DNA of 64,000 bases from the IMG/VR virus record IMGVR_UViG_3300025372_000001, one strand, 5' to 3'. A model generated the notes under the pieces. That model worked only from the letters and a program-made list of their open reading frames with translations. It had not been told where the DNA came from and ran no database searches. Below are positions 37,289 to 47,903 of this stretch, piece after piece; the stretch's first letter is position 1; every line of letters starts with the position of its first letter. A program made the position numbers and the translations under genes. This DNA is from a virus. Taxonomy: Duplodnaviria > Caudoviricetes.

Positions 37289-38271
37289 AGTTGGAGAAGT
37301 CCCTTTTCTCCCGTAAAACAATATTGAATAATTAAAGCAGGATCAACAAAATCCTGCTTTTTTTCTACACAGAAATCGTTCAAATCCTTAAATTCTTCAA
37401 ACTCATTCTTAAACAAAAATAAAGTTTCTCCTGCTTTAAATTTACTGACAATTTTATTAACTACTTCTTTCTTTTCAAAGTTTACATTATCTAATACCCA
37501 AACTCTTTCATGTAATGGAAATGCAGATAATTCTTCCTCTTGTTGACTAGTCAAAGTCAATCCTGAAACAGCAACTCCGTTTTCCACAAACATTGAATCT
37601 ATTTGCCCTTCAAATAAAAATATATAAGGAATCTCTGGTTTAATCTTATCAATATTAAAAACCGTCTTAGGAGAATTGAATTTTAATAGATATTTTGCTG
37701 AATCATCATTAAGAATCTTTCGAGAAGTATAACAAACAATTCTACCGTTCTTGTAAAAAGGAATGATTAAACGATTCTTATGAAAATTGTCATTAAGACA
37801 AACATAAAAAGTCCGAGGAGCATTTATAGCAGAAAACAATCTTCTCGATTTACAATATTCTAATGCTTTTAATACAATTTTATTATTTTTATAAAATTTT
37901 AATTGAATTTCATCAGTTAAGTTAACACATTCTCCTGGTAAATCAGGCAGAACATAATCATTGGTTTTAGTTTCTCCGTCCCATTGAAGAATAAAATTAT
38001 CACCAGTATATTCATTTATATCTGCAACAAGTTCTTTATGAGACATTCCTGTTACTTCTCTGATCCACCAATAGGGATTCCAAGAACGGGCACAATTATA
38101 ACAATATAAAAAATCTTCTTTTAAATAATAAAAAAGCCGTTGTTTAATGTTCCAACTTTCCCCTTCATGACAGATAGGACAACCCCCATTCATATAATTA
38201 GAATATGTTTTACTTTTATTAGTAAACAGATTAAATTTTGATATAGTATAGACGGTTGGAACAGTTATCAT
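37285..38271 (-). CDS. gp61: DNA primase gp61
   Basis: Zn ribbon CPIC...CYNC; RLIIPF; TOPRIM FEGQIDSMF; WVLDN. Confidence 0.9.
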   Translation of the reverse strand: MITVPTVYTISKFNLFTNKSKTYSNYMNGGCPICHEGESWNIKQRLFYYLKEDFLYCYNCARSWNPYWWIREVTGMSHKELVADINEYTGDNFILQWDGETKTNDYVLPDLPGECVNLTDEIQLKFYKNNKIVLKALEYCKSRRLFSAINAPRTFYVCLNDNFHKNRLIIPFYKNGRIVCYTSRKILNDDSAKYLLKFNSPKTVFNIDKIKPEIPYIFLFEGQIDSMFVENGVAVSGLTLTSQQEEELSAFPLHERVWVLDNVNFEKKEVVNKIVSKFKAGETLFLFKNEFEEFKDLNDFCVEKKQDFVDPALIIQYCFTGEKGLLQL

Positions 38272-38339
38272 TTTTGCAACACTAGGTTTAAAGGTAACAC
38301 ACTAACAATGAGCTTTCAAATAATTCGGTAAATAATAAC

Positions 38340-38810
38340 ATGACTGAAAAATTTGATGCTTATGTGAATAAACTGATAACAGAATTGCTTACGCCTAAGA
38401 ATAAGCGTAAAGAGCATAAATCAAGATATTGGGATACGGGAATGTATTATAAGGCACAACCTCGTAAAGTTCGTTCCATGAATACTAAGACGGCTTCTCA
38501 AAGAACCAAGTTAGGCAATCAACAATATATTGGTAATATTTGGACAAAAGAGGGACCAAGAGGTAAAAATAAAAGTGAGAAAGACCCCCATGAAATCACC
38601 ATTGCAAAAGGAATTGGTTCTCATATTAAAAGAGATGGAATAAATCCTAAGAAAGTTGGTTCATCTATTAACTCTAAACAAGGTGATATGGAAATCAAAT
38701 ATAATCTTGCTAATGGAGATAGTATGGTTGGTAAGAAAGTTGAAAAGGATTATTTTCAAGGCGGCGTGCAAAGAAACCACATGAAACGTTCATTAAATAA
38801 TAAAAAATAA
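38340..38810 (+). CDS. Basic hypothetical protein with leader (FDAYVNKLITE)
   Basis: ORF after a TAAATA box; Lys/Arg-rich. Confidence 0.7.
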   Translation: MTEKFDAYVNKLITELLTPKNKRKEHKSRYWDTGMYYKAQPRKVRSMNTKTASQRTKLGNQQYIGNIWTKEGPRGKNKSEKDPHEITIAKGIGSHIKRDGINPKKVGSSINSKQGDMEIKYNLANGDSMVGKKVEKDYFQGGVQRNHMKRSLNNKK

Positions 38811-39568
38811 TGTTACCTATTTCTAATGTTTATTTGCCGACTAATTGTGGAAACATAACTCCGCAATTTTTCAATATTTGTCAGATGCAAACGCCTCCTG
38901 ACATAACCAAAGGGCATGTTTCATATTTTCATAGCTTATTATGTAATTGGGCATTAAATGTTCCACTTAATTTTCAATGGGTAGCAGTTATTCATGCTAA
39001 AAACAAGGGTTATCTATTCAATCAAATTCAACAGATAATGCCTTCCCTTGAACCGGCAGGATGGAATATCGGAACAACTGTAAACGACACTTGGACGGCA
39101 GCAACACAAGACGTTATTGGATGTATTTTTGCTCAAGGGGTTAATCTTCCCGGTGAAGTAATTAATACTAAACATGTAGGTATTGAATCAGGTAGTAATA
39201 GAGGGTTTATTAATTCTCCTATTATTATGGGAAGAAGTGAGTTCCCCAATCTTGATATGGGGTTCCTAGAAACGAACAGATCGTTCGTAGACGGCGTTTT
39301 ACGTCCTTGGAGTATCCTAGTAGCTCACAAGGGTTTGATTGCGTCACAGCAGTCTATAAAGGCAAATATAGACGTGTATGAATTAGCCAAAAATGGGGAT
39401 TGTGCTCCTACTGCTATTAGAAAAATGTGGCATTTCGAGGATTGTGCCCCAATCTACATTTCTCCTGAAGAAAAGAATTATACTTCCACTACTGATTATC
39501 CAAAAAGACAAGCAAACTTTGTTTACAATAGCTATTATGTCACAGATTATGGTAATGGTATGCCTTAA
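38810..39568 (+). CDS. gp54: Baseplate tail-tube initiator gp54-like
   Basis: Tube-fold pattern GVNLPGE...L.MGFLETN...RPW...W.FEDCAP...FVYNSY; first gene of the baseplate cluster. Confidence 0.6.
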   Translation: MLPISNVYLPTNCGNITPQFFNICQMQTPPDITKGHVSYFHSLLCNWALNVPLNFQWVAVIHAKNKGYLFNQIQQIMPSLEPAGWNIGTTVNDTWTAATQDVIGCIFAQGVNLPGEVINTKHVGIESGSNRGFINSPIIMGRSEFPNLDMGFLETNRSFVDGVLRPWSILVAHKGLIASQQSIKANIDVYELAKNGDCAPTAIRKMWHFEDCAPIYISPEEKNYTSTTDYPKRQANFVYNSYYVTDYGNGMP

Positions 39569-39576
39569 ATAAGTTA

Positions 39577-40521
39577 ATGCAAAACACTTATTTGATTTGG
39601 ATTCCTTCAATTCAAAAAAATATTCGATTTAAAGAGCTTACCAATAGTCAATATCGAATAATTCTCAAGAATTTAGACGATGATACTGATTTAGACTTTC
39701 TTTACAACCTAAACAATATCATAAAAAATAATATTGTGGATGATTTTGACTATAAGTTATTCACTATTATTGATAGATTTGTCATTTTTCTTTATTTTAA
39801 GATTCTTAGTTGTAGTCCTTTACTTGATTTGGTTAAAAAATGTGAAAAATGTGAAAAAGAAGATAAAATAAGAATTAATTTAAATGATTTATTGGATGTA
39901 TTAGGTCCAGTTATTGATAAATCATTCATTCATCATGTAGAATACGATAATTATCCTATTTCTGTTATATGTGATGTTCCTACTATTGATTACGAATACC
40001 AAAATCTTCTGTTTTGTGCTGATTATAACATCAAAACTGATACCTTAGAGAATAATATCGAGAAATATTTGTTCGGATACATTAAACAATTGGTTCATAA
40101 TGGAACAATCATTGAATTGAATAAATTATCGATGCAAGAGAAGAAAATAGCAATTAATAAAATACCTGCTAATATCATATTGAAGATTAAACAAGAATAT
40201 TTGGAACCGATTTTTCAAGAATTTAGAAATGTGGTTTTTTTAGATATGAAATGTAAAGATTGTGGAACCAATTTTGAACTAAAATTAGAAACCAATAATA
40301 TTAATCCATTATTGAAGATGTTTTTTCGGGATAATACCTTGAATGGATTATTAGGAGAATATTTTAATGTTGCATCAACAGCGCATATATCTAATGAATT
40401 TTTTAATGATTCGTCTCCAAGAGAACTAAACATTTTACATGATTTTGCTAAGTCAACACACACTTCTAATGATAAACCCCAAAACAATCCCAATGAGATT
40501 GACTTGTTTGCTCAAAATTAA
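39577..40521 (+). CDS. Baseplate hub assembly protein (gp26/gp51-like)
   Basis: FKELTNSQY..., two CxxC motifs (CEKC, CKDC); baseplate cluster. Confidence 0.55.
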   Translation: MQNTYLIWIPSIQKNIRFKELTNSQYRIILKNLDDDTDLDFLYNLNNIIKNNIVDDFDYKLFTIIDRFVIFLYFKILSCSPLLDLVKKCEKCEKEDKIRINLNDLLDVLGPVIDKSFIHHVEYDNYPISVICDVPTIDYEYQNLLFCADYNIKTDTLENNIEKYLFGYIKQLVHNGTIIELNKLSMQEKKIAINKIPANIILKIKQEYLEPIFQEFRNVVFLDMKCKDCGTNFELKLETNNINPLLKMFFRDNTLNGLLGEYFNVASTAHISNEFFNDSSPRELNILHDFAKSTHTSNDKPQNNPNEIDLFAQN

Positions 40522-40538
40522 TAATTAAATATTTCCAT

Positions 40539-41369
40539 ATGTCTGATCCAGTTCAATTTAACGATATTCTTGCCCTTCTTGATAGTGCCAACAAAACATT
40601 AGAAACAGAAATCTACGTTCCGTCTCTAAACACTTCCTTTACCGCAAAGGCATTGAATGCTAATCATACTAAGAATATAGTTAAGACTACAGTAGAAGGA
40701 CCATTTGCAGATAATCAATTCACTATTATCATGTATACCATTCTTTCAGACATTTTTGCTAATAAACTTGATTTAAAAACTCTTAATTTATATGATAAAT
40801 TATTAATTCTTCTTCAACTAAGAGCAAAGAATATTAAAGATGAAGTAAAGCTAACCTTTGTATCAGAAGAAGGTAAACAAGCGGAAAAGAGTATATCTTT
40901 AGCTAAACATGTGGAAAAACTTAAGAAGAATTCTCCTACATTTGTCAATCAAACAATTCATATTGGTATTGATGAAAATAACAAATATGATTTTATATTA
41001 AATCTTCCTTCTGTGTCAGAAGAGTTTACTTTTGAGAATCAATTATATCAGAATAAGTTATCAAAGATTGTAGAAGATGATGTAAAGCAAATGAAGGAAT
41101 TGATTGCTCCTATTTTTCTTAGTAGGACTGCTCCTTTTATTAAATCCATTATTATTAATGACAAAACAATTGATTTAGTTTCATTAAGTGTAACAGAGCG
41201 TATTGCTATTGTAGAAAGATTGCCTTCCAAAGCAATTCTAACTATCTTAGAAAAAGTAGATGAAGTGTACGGTAAAGTTCTTCAAGACGCTACCAAGATA
41301 ACTAAGACAATTGATGGTGTCAGTTATGTTGCTAATATCAAAATTGATGCCTCCTTCTTTATTGGATAG
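40539..41369 (+). CDS. Baseplate hub assembly protein (gp26/gp51-like paralog)
   Basis: IYVPSL...DKLLILLQLRAKNI...ERIAIVERLP...IDASFF. Confidence 0.55.
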   Translation: MSDPVQFNDILALLDSANKTLETEIYVPSLNTSFTAKALNANHTKNIVKTTVEGPFADNQFTIIMYTILSDIFANKLDLKTLNLYDKLLILLQLRAKNIKDEVKLTFVSEEGKQAEKSISLAKHVEKLKKNSPTFVNQTIHIGIDENNKYDFILNLPSVSEEFTFENQLYQNKLSKIVEDDVKQMKELIAPIFLSRTAPFIKSIIINDKTIDLVSLSVTERIAIVERLPSKAILTILEKVDEVYGKVLQDATKITKTIDGVSYVANIKIDASFFIG

Positions 41370-41868
41370 AAGTTGGGTTATTTTGTTGTTGCTGCTGATA
41401 TTGGCCTTGTTGCGGAGGAGAAGGTTGCTTAACCGTAGGCGGATTGATATGAGCATTTAACTGTGTCAAAGCTTGAATAATATATTGAGTAATATCAGTA
41501 AGATACTTGTCATTGGCCTTCATTGATCCTATTTTTTGTAAGGCCGGAACCAATTTAGCTTGTTTGATAATACCAACTAAATTCTTCCATTCTTGTTTTA
41601 ATTGAGCATTGGGATCATTACCTGGTTTTGGTTTATATTGATTAGCATTCGGTGTTGGAGCAGTAGGTTGATTACCTTGAGGTTGTTGCGCAGGGGCTTG
41701 CTGTTGAATATTCGGAGCTAATTCATGCAAAATGGCTAATTGATAAGAATTAAGCTCATTCTTTTCCAACATGGTTCGCAGTTGATCATCGGATAATTCT
41801 CCATTTAAAATACTTTTTCTAAAAGAGTCAGCATAGAGTGCATGTTCATAAAGAGAGGTTGAGGTCAT
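41359..41868 (-). CDS. Gln/Pro-rich hypothetical protein
   Basis: ORF after a TAAATA box; low-complexity Q/P tracts. Confidence 0.65.
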   Translation of the reverse strand: MTSTSLYEHALYADSFRKSILNGELSDDQLRTMLEKNELNSYQLAILHELAPNIQQQAPAQQPQGNQPTAPTPNANQYKPKPGNDPNAQLKQEWKNLVGIIKQAKLVPALQKIGSMKANDKYLTDITQYIIQALTQLNAHINPPTVKQPSPPQQGQYQQQQQNNPTSIQ

Positions 41869-41873
41869 GGTAG

Positions 41874-41890
41874 TATTTATTCAGTAAATA
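41874..41890. promoter_or_regulatory. Back-to-back late promoter boxes
   Basis: TATTTA 41874-41879 and TAAATA 41885-41890 in a 28-nt gap between divergent genes. Confidence 0.7.
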
Positions 41891-41896
41891 ATTTTA

Positions 41897-43843
41897 ATGG
41901 CAACGAACACCACTACCAATGATTTATTATCTGCAATTGATTCATACATGAAATCAAATGGTAAAGGTGTTCATTATATTGCCTCAAAAATGGCAGATAT
42001 TTTTGATAATAAGGATGCTCCGTTAAATCCTAAATCGGGACCATTAAGTTTAATTCAGGAAATATTCGAAGATTTACAGATTGCAATGGAAACATTGTAT
42101 AAAACCCCGACTTCTGTAATTCCCTCTTTTAAGAAAGAGTTGGGATCAGTTAATAAAGCAGTTAAGAAGTTCAATACTAAACTTAGAGATATATTCACGA
42201 GTATGGATACTTTTGATAACTATATCCTGAATTTAGTAACAGTTGGGAAAAATAAAAAACCGGTAACTGCCCCATATCAAACTTCTCAAGCAGGTTTTCT
42301 AAAAGTGTCCTTGTGGGGATATAGTTCTTTTTGGAGTCCCTATAATGGAATTCCTGTGTCTATTAGAAGCATTCATCCTGATATAATTAAACAAATTCAG
42401 AATAGTATGCCGGAAAAAGTCTTGCGTTCTGCTCCTACTGTTGCTGCTCCAATTCCAATTGTAACAAAATCCGTTCTTCCTCCCAATAACAATAATAGTC
42501 ATAACGAACCTGTTCAAAAGAAAAGTGGTATTTGGTCTACATTATTTGGCATAATGGGATTGGGCGCAACTGTTGTGGGTATAGGTCATCTTGCTAATGA
42601 ATTAGAAAAAACTCCTGAAGGCATAAAAATGAAGGAGCAAATTAAGCAAATATTAGGAGATGGAGTTTCCAAATTATTCACAAAGATTGGTAAATTTATT
42701 ACTTCTCCTGAAACTCAAGCAGCAACAGTATCTGGTTTAAAAATTGTATGGAGTGCTTTTAAATGGGTAGGTAGAGACATTTATACCAAAATTACTAATG
42801 GAAATTATACGGCTGGAATAGTCGAAGCATTGACTTCTTGGTTAATATTAAGAAATACTCCTTTGATCAAATGGATCATTAGACCTTTAGAAGGCGTATT
42901 AAAGAAAACCTTTGGTTCTCTTTTCGGAGGATTATCAAAAGGACTGTCTTCTATAAAATGGACAGGAGTAAAATCCTTAGCAGGAGGATTAGCTAAATTT
43001 GCTGGTAGAGCCTTAGTAATTTATGGTATCTATGAAGGTATCATGAGCATATATGATAGCGGTTCTAAGATTGCTAAAATTGTATCTGATATGATGACTT
43101 CTTCTGAGAAAGCATTGGAAGTCAATAATAATATGAAGAAGGGATGGGATGCAAAGAATGCTGCCCGTAATAGTAAATTACAAATCGAAATAAATGAATT
43201 AGAAGAAAAGAAAATGAGGGGAACCATTACTATGTTAGAGGAATCTTCTTTAAACCAGAAGAGAATACTTCAATATATTAATGATAAAGATGCTCAATTG
43301 GAAGCTATTGCCAAGAAACAAGGAGATAGACAAGCAGGATTCTTTGGTTGGTTTAATGGTGCTGCTAAGAAATACGAAATCGAACAAGAAAATGCTATTC
43401 GTAAAGAAAAAGAAGAACTTAATAGAATTCTTCAAGGATATAAGTCTAAAGAAAAATCTTTAAAAAATAAGGATTTAACAAGGGATCAAGTTTCTACCAA
43501 TGATGCACAAAGAGATGCAGATCAAATTAGAGGAATTAAAGCTGTTGCAGTACAAGATGCAACAGTGATTCAACCTAATTCAAAAGATCAAATTCTTATG
43601 GCGAAAACCGGAGGACCATTTGATCTTGCCATGAAACAAATGAATCGAATGATGAATGAGAAATTGGATGAATTGATTAATGTTGCCATGGCAAACGTTC
43701 AAGCTACTATGAGCGGAAGTAAAACAGTTGCTCAAACTATTGCAGCAACGGCAGGAAATAAGTCTTCTCCTGCTATGCCTTCGTTTAATGGACCTGATCC
43801 AATTAGAGCAATGCGAAATCAAGTTAATAGCTTCGTTCATTAA
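41897..43843 (+). CDS. Tape-measure/gp29-like protein
   Basis: Long helical protein with hydrophobic segments, directly upstream of the gp48-like gene. Confidence 0.55.
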   Translation: MATNTTTNDLLSAIDSYMKSNGKGVHYIASKMADIFDNKDAPLNPKSGPLSLIQEIFEDLQIAMETLYKTPTSVIPSFKKELGSVNKAVKKFNTKLRDIFTSMDTFDNYILNLVTVGKNKKPVTAPYQTSQAGFLKVSLWGYSSFWSPYNGIPVSIRSIHPDIIKQIQNSMPEKVLRSAPTVAAPIPIVTKSVLPPNNNNSHNEPVQKKSGIWSTLFGIMGLGATVVGIGHLANELEKTPEGIKMKEQIKQILGDGVSKLFTKIGKFITSPETQAATVSGLKIVWSAFKWVGRDIYTKITNGNYTAGIVEALTSWLILRNTPLIKWIIRPLEGVLKKTFGSLFGGLSKGLSSIKWTGVKSLAGGLAKFAGRALVIYGIYEGIMSIYDSGSKIAKIVSDMMTSSEKALEVNNNMKKGWDAKNAARNSKLQIEINELEEKKMRGTITMLEESSLNQKRILQYINDKDAQLEAIAKKQGDRQAGFFGWFNGAAKKYEIEQENAIRKEKEELNRILQGYKSKEKSLKNKDLTRDQVSTNDAQRDADQIRGIKAVAVQDATVIQPNSKDQILMAKTGGPFDLAMKQMNRMMNEKLDELINVAMANVQATMSGSKTVAQTIAATAGNKSSPAMPSFNGPDPIRAMRNQVNSFVH

Positions 43844-43863
43844 TTGAGCAATAAATAATTTCA

Positions 43864-44892
43864 ATGGCATCATTGAACTATGAATATTCTGATAGCGACA
43901 GTAGATTTCTAAAACCTATTGGTTCTGGGGATGTGGATGTTGTCAATGATTTTGCATGGACCAAATCGCCAAAATCTGCCAGAACAGACGTTCCATTTGT
44001 TAAATTAATAGAATATCAACAAACCACCGGACAACTTGGAGCAGCAATGTTATATTATTCAAGAGTAATCGGCACAGCATTGGCAGGAGGAAGTATCTTT
44101 AAAAATAAAAATCCTGGCGATGTGTATCAATACAAATATATAGCAGAACCAACGGGATTTCGCTACTCTTTTCCTTATTTTTCTACCCAGAAACATACAA
44201 GAAAAACTGACTTCTCTGGAGAAAATCAAAACCCTTTTAAAAGTAGTATTGACTTAGGTAAGCATATTGTTGAATATGGCAGTAATAAGGGGCATGGATT
44301 ATTCAGCAAAGATTTCGGATTAATGGCAGAAGCATCTACTCTTGTAGGATTAGGGGTGAATGTCGCAAATACATATTTCCCAGGTAATATTAATTTTGAA
44401 CTTCCGCAAAAATGGCAATCTACCACAGAAGGTTCGGTATCAGTAAATTTTACCTTATCCAATACAGGAACATTGGATGATATAGATAATAATCGTAATC
44501 TCGCATATGTTTTAACGTATCAAAATTCTGCCAATCGTCGTAATTTTGCCTTAAATGATCCAGTTGTAATCTATTCCTTGGAAATTCCTGATGTAGTTAA
44601 TTTTCCTGCATGTTATATGTCAGAGTTAAACATTCAAAATTTAGGAAATACTAGAATCATAAAAGGACGGGGAATAGATAAGGTTGTTCCAGAAGCATAT
44701 CAGTTTGATATGACTTTTACTTCTCTGATTCTTCCTACTAGAAATATTATGGAAGGAATGGATGGGGGTTCTCCTGTTCAAGCAATTAATAATGTCAACA
44801 ACTTATCTCAAGCTACTTTAAATGCGCTTTCGACTATCAAATCAACCTTACCTTCCGCAGGTAAAGAACTAACACCTACTAATCCTGATTAA
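43864..44892 (+). CDS. gp48: Baseplate tail-tube cap gp48-like
   Basis: VNFTLSN...P.IYSLEIP....FPACYMSELNI...PEAYQFDMTFTSL. Confidence 0.55.
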   Translation: MASLNYEYSDSDSRFLKPIGSGDVDVVNDFAWTKSPKSARTDVPFVKLIEYQQTTGQLGAAMLYYSRVIGTALAGGSIFKNKNPGDVYQYKYIAEPTGFRYSFPYFSTQKHTRKTDFSGENQNPFKSSIDLGKHIVEYGSNKGHGLFSKDFGLMAEASTLVGLGVNVANTYFPGNINFELPQKWQSTTEGSVSVNFTLSNTGTLDDIDNNRNLAYVLTYQNSANRRNFALNDPVVIYSLEIPDVVNFPACYMSELNIQNLGNTRIIKGRGIDKVVPEAYQFDMTFTSLILPTRNIMEGMDGGSPVQAINNVNNLSQATLNALSTIKSTLPSAGKELTPTNPD

Positions 44893-44896
44893 TATT

Positions 44897-45226
44897 ATGT
44901 CTCAATTAAACCTGTACGATTATGCCAATATCTTCTCTACCTATGTAGATGCAGATGGTTATTCCTATTATGATTTAATTAATAATCTTGTCATTGAAGG
45001 AGATATTGATAGTACATTGTATGATGAAATTTTTTATAATGAGAATGTTTCATGGTATGACTTGTCTCAGATTTATTATGGAACTACTCGTCTTTGGTGG
45101 GTAATTCTTATTGCTAATAATGTAATAAATCCATTTGAAGACGTTAAAACCGGAAACAAAATTAAGATATTAAAAAGTACCGTCGTTTCTGAAATTTTAT
45201 CGAATATAAATAATCAGAGTGCCTAA
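44897..45226 (+). CDS. gp53: Baseplate wedge gp53-like
   Basis: WYDLSQIYYGTTRLWWVILIANNVINPF. Confidence 0.75.
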   Translation: MSQLNLYDYANIFSTYVDADGYSYYDLINNLVIEGDIDSTLYDEIFYNENVSWYDLSQIYYGTTRLWWVILIANNVINPFEDVKTGNKIKILKSTVVSEILSNINNQSA

Positions 45227-46844
45227 TAGCGATCCTAACACTTATTCTTTTAATAACCAAGATTATTCTTTTGAAATAAAATTGTGGAATGGGGTATCTA
45301 GCGTTCAATTGACTAATACTGCATGGGATGATCTTGTTCTAGAAGATAACCTATTTGATATTTTCGTCAAAGGTAGCATTACTGTCAACACTCCGTACAA
45401 CATTCTAGAACGTTCTACTAATGAAGCTAATGAGAACGTTGGACAAAAACTTAATTTAGAATATAAATTTAGAAACGATGGGCGAGATACTTTATACCTT
45501 TCCATTAAACCTAATTCGGACAATCAATTGGATCAAGCGGGAATTACTTTAGAAGATTCTCGATGGTTAATTGAGTTAGAAATGGTTATCTATGATGTTC
45601 AAGATTTACCTTCAGATGATACTTCTGCCAAGAAAAAGAAATTATATTTCTGGGAGAAAACATATCAAATGATGAAGGAAAAAGACTCAGAATTTTCAAC
45701 AGCAACAACCGGACCTAATGCTAATAAACAAGGACAAGATCAAGCCAATGATGATGATAGAAGTCTTAGCACTGGTGATGCATTAATTGCCTTATTACAA
45801 AACGATCCTTTATTTTATCAATATATAGGTGATACTTCCGCTGCTAATTGGAACAAGGGGGATGCCACTAATTTATTATTTTATACTTCTCCTGTTGGTA
45901 GTAAATTCATTAATGATTTGATGTATATCTATGATGCACATGTTGCATCTGCTGCCGAAGGTAATCAACCATGTATTCTTAAATTAGAAAGAGCACAAAA
46001 TAAAGGACAAGTTAAAACTTTCAGTTTAAAGACTATTGAACAGTATTTCAAACAAGCCGGAACAAGTAATCCAGGAAAGTATCAATTGGAACATTTTTTC
46101 ATCAGGGAATCGGATGAACAAAATAATTCTCCAATTATTAAGAAAGCCCCTTTATCGACTAGTCAAACTACTGAAATCAAAGCAGACGAATTTAATATAG
46201 TTAGAGGATACAGATTAGTTGATTTAGCAGGCGGAGATTATGCTAATAACCTAGCTAATAGAAGAATTGTTTCATATAATTCTTCTGATAAACAAATCAA
46301 TGTGGAAGCCAAGTTACACTCTTCAACCGAATGGAAAACCTTCTTTAATGAAAGAATTAAACCAAATGTATTAGTTTCTTCGGGAATATCAAGTGACCGT
46401 TTACCAGTTACACCTTATATTGAAAATGGTCTTAATACCATAACTGAGTTTAGTACTAGACCTACTGATGCAGGAAGATTGATAGAAGGAAGAAATAAAA
46501 TAATAAAATATTATTTGTTTTCTAATCTATGTATATCTATTACAACAAGGGGGTTAACCCATAGACAACCGGGAAGATTCTTTGGTCTTTCTAAACAGTC
46601 ATTAAATGATAAAGAATATGACCATAAGTTAGAAGGTCAATATTTTATAACTAATGTGAAACATCATTTTTCTAATACAGAACGAGGATATTATACAGAG
46701 ATATTAGGAGTAAAACCACAAGTATATCGGGAAGATACTCCTTTACCTAAAGGGGACGTAATTCTAATTGGACAAAACGGAGATGAGCTTACTCCTTTAC
46801 CTGCCTCGCAAACTAATTCTTCCTCTTCTCAGCTCTTAGCCTAG
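45219..46844 (+). CDS. gp27: Baseplate hub gp27-like
   Basis: Hub C-terminal pattern RGLTHRQPG...LEGQYFITNVKHHF; precedes the gp5 genes. Confidence 0.6.
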   Translation: MPNSDPNTYSFNNQDYSFEIKLWNGVSSVQLTNTAWDDLVLEDNLFDIFVKGSITVNTPYNILERSTNEANENVGQKLNLEYKFRNDGRDTLYLSIKPNSDNQLDQAGITLEDSRWLIELEMVIYDVQDLPSDDTSAKKKKLYFWEKTYQMMKEKDSEFSTATTGPNANKQGQDQANDDDRSLSTGDALIALLQNDPLFYQYIGDTSAANWNKGDATNLLFYTSPVGSKFINDLMYIYDAHVASAAEGNQPCILKLERAQNKGQVKTFSLKTIEQYFKQAGTSNPGKYQLEHFFIRESDEQNNSPIIKKAPLSTSQTTEIKADEFNIVRGYRLVDLAGGDYANNLANRRIVSYNSSDKQINVEAKLHSSTEWKTFFNERIKPNVLVSSGISSDRLPVTPYIENGLNTITEFSTRPTDAGRLIEGRNKIIKYYLFSNLCISITTRGLTHRQPGRFFGLSKQSLNDKEYDHKLEGQYFITNVKHHFSNTERGYYTEILGVKPQVYREDTPLPKGDVILIGQNGDELTPLPASQTNSSSSQLLA

Positions 46845-46860
46845 TTATAAATATAATTAA

Positions 46861-47901
46861 ATGGCAGCAGTAGCAACAGAACAATTTTATCAGAGTTTAC
46901 GGGCAAGTCCTTCGGGACAACAGCAAACCGGAACAGTTATCGATGAAATCAAGGGAGCAATGCAAACCTCTCAAAATCCTTTAGATCGTACAGTTCAAAT
47001 GGTAGCAGAAACCCACGGTCCTTATTCGGGAGGGTCTGCATCATTATTCAGTTTCACCACTTTAATTGCATCATTACTTAATATTCCTATATTAACAACT
47101 CTTTCTAATCAAATTGGTCAAGCGGCATGTGATGTTCAACAGGCATTGTCTCTTCTTCCTCCTTCTTTTGTTGGAAGGGGAAATACCTTAACGGGAGCAA
47201 CGATGAATACTGCAATGTTAAGAGAGTTTGTTACAACTGTGCAAAACATGCATCCTGCCATTAATGAATATATTAGTATGCATCAAGATACCTTTCCATA
47301 TTTTGCGCCTACTAGTGAAGAAGTTGGTTCTTTTGCATATATTACTATTAGAGAAACTGAAACTGATCCGGCAAAATGGGGAAATAAAAATAACTCTGCT
47401 TGTTTAACTAATAATTATAGAATTCATAAAAATCAAACCTTAAAAATGACTCCTTCAATTTATCAAGGAATGGATACTAGTAATAGATTGGTTAATACTT
47501 TATTTGTAAGAAATCTTCAAGGAGATAATAACATGGCCGTTTTGCATCCTAATTATTCTACGGAACATGTATTGGTTCATGGACATAATTTCACCATGGA
47601 TGTACAAATGGCAAAAAGAAGAAAAGGAGCAATGCCTGGTAGTCTTGCTGCCGTCATCCAATTAGCAGGTGATCTTATTCGTTTAATTAATAAATTCTTT
47701 TGCTTATTATCATTGGGCAGGTATGAAGTAGAGACATTTAATATTTCTTTTGCAGAAGGCCCAAACAATAAACCTATCACTGTCACAGTTGATAATAAAG
47801 GTAGATTAATTAATACATCTACGAAGGCAAGTAATAGTAATGATCCGACAAATACACGGATGATCAATGCTGATAAGGCATATAAGAAGGAGAAAACTTA
47901 A
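46861..47901 (+). CDS. Hypothetical (probably baseplate/virion) protein
   Basis: TATAAATA at 46846-46853; lies between gp27 and gp5. Confidence 0.7.
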   Translation: MAAVATEQFYQSLRASPSGQQQTGTVIDEIKGAMQTSQNPLDRTVQMVAETHGPYSGGSASLFSFTTLIASLLNIPILTTLSNQIGQAACDVQQALSLLPPSFVGRGNTLTGATMNTAMLREFVTTVQNMHPAINEYISMHQDTFPYFAPTSEEVGSFAYITIRETETDPAKWGNKNNSACLTNNYRIHKNQTLKMTPSIYQGMDTSNRLVNTLFVRNLQGDNNMAVLHPNYSTEHVLVHGHNFTMDVQMAKRRKGAMPGSLAAVIQLAGDLIRLINKFFCLLSLGRYEVETFNISFAEGPNNKPITVTVDNKGRLINTSTKASNSNDPTNTRMINADKAYKKEKT

Positions 47902-47903
47902 TT

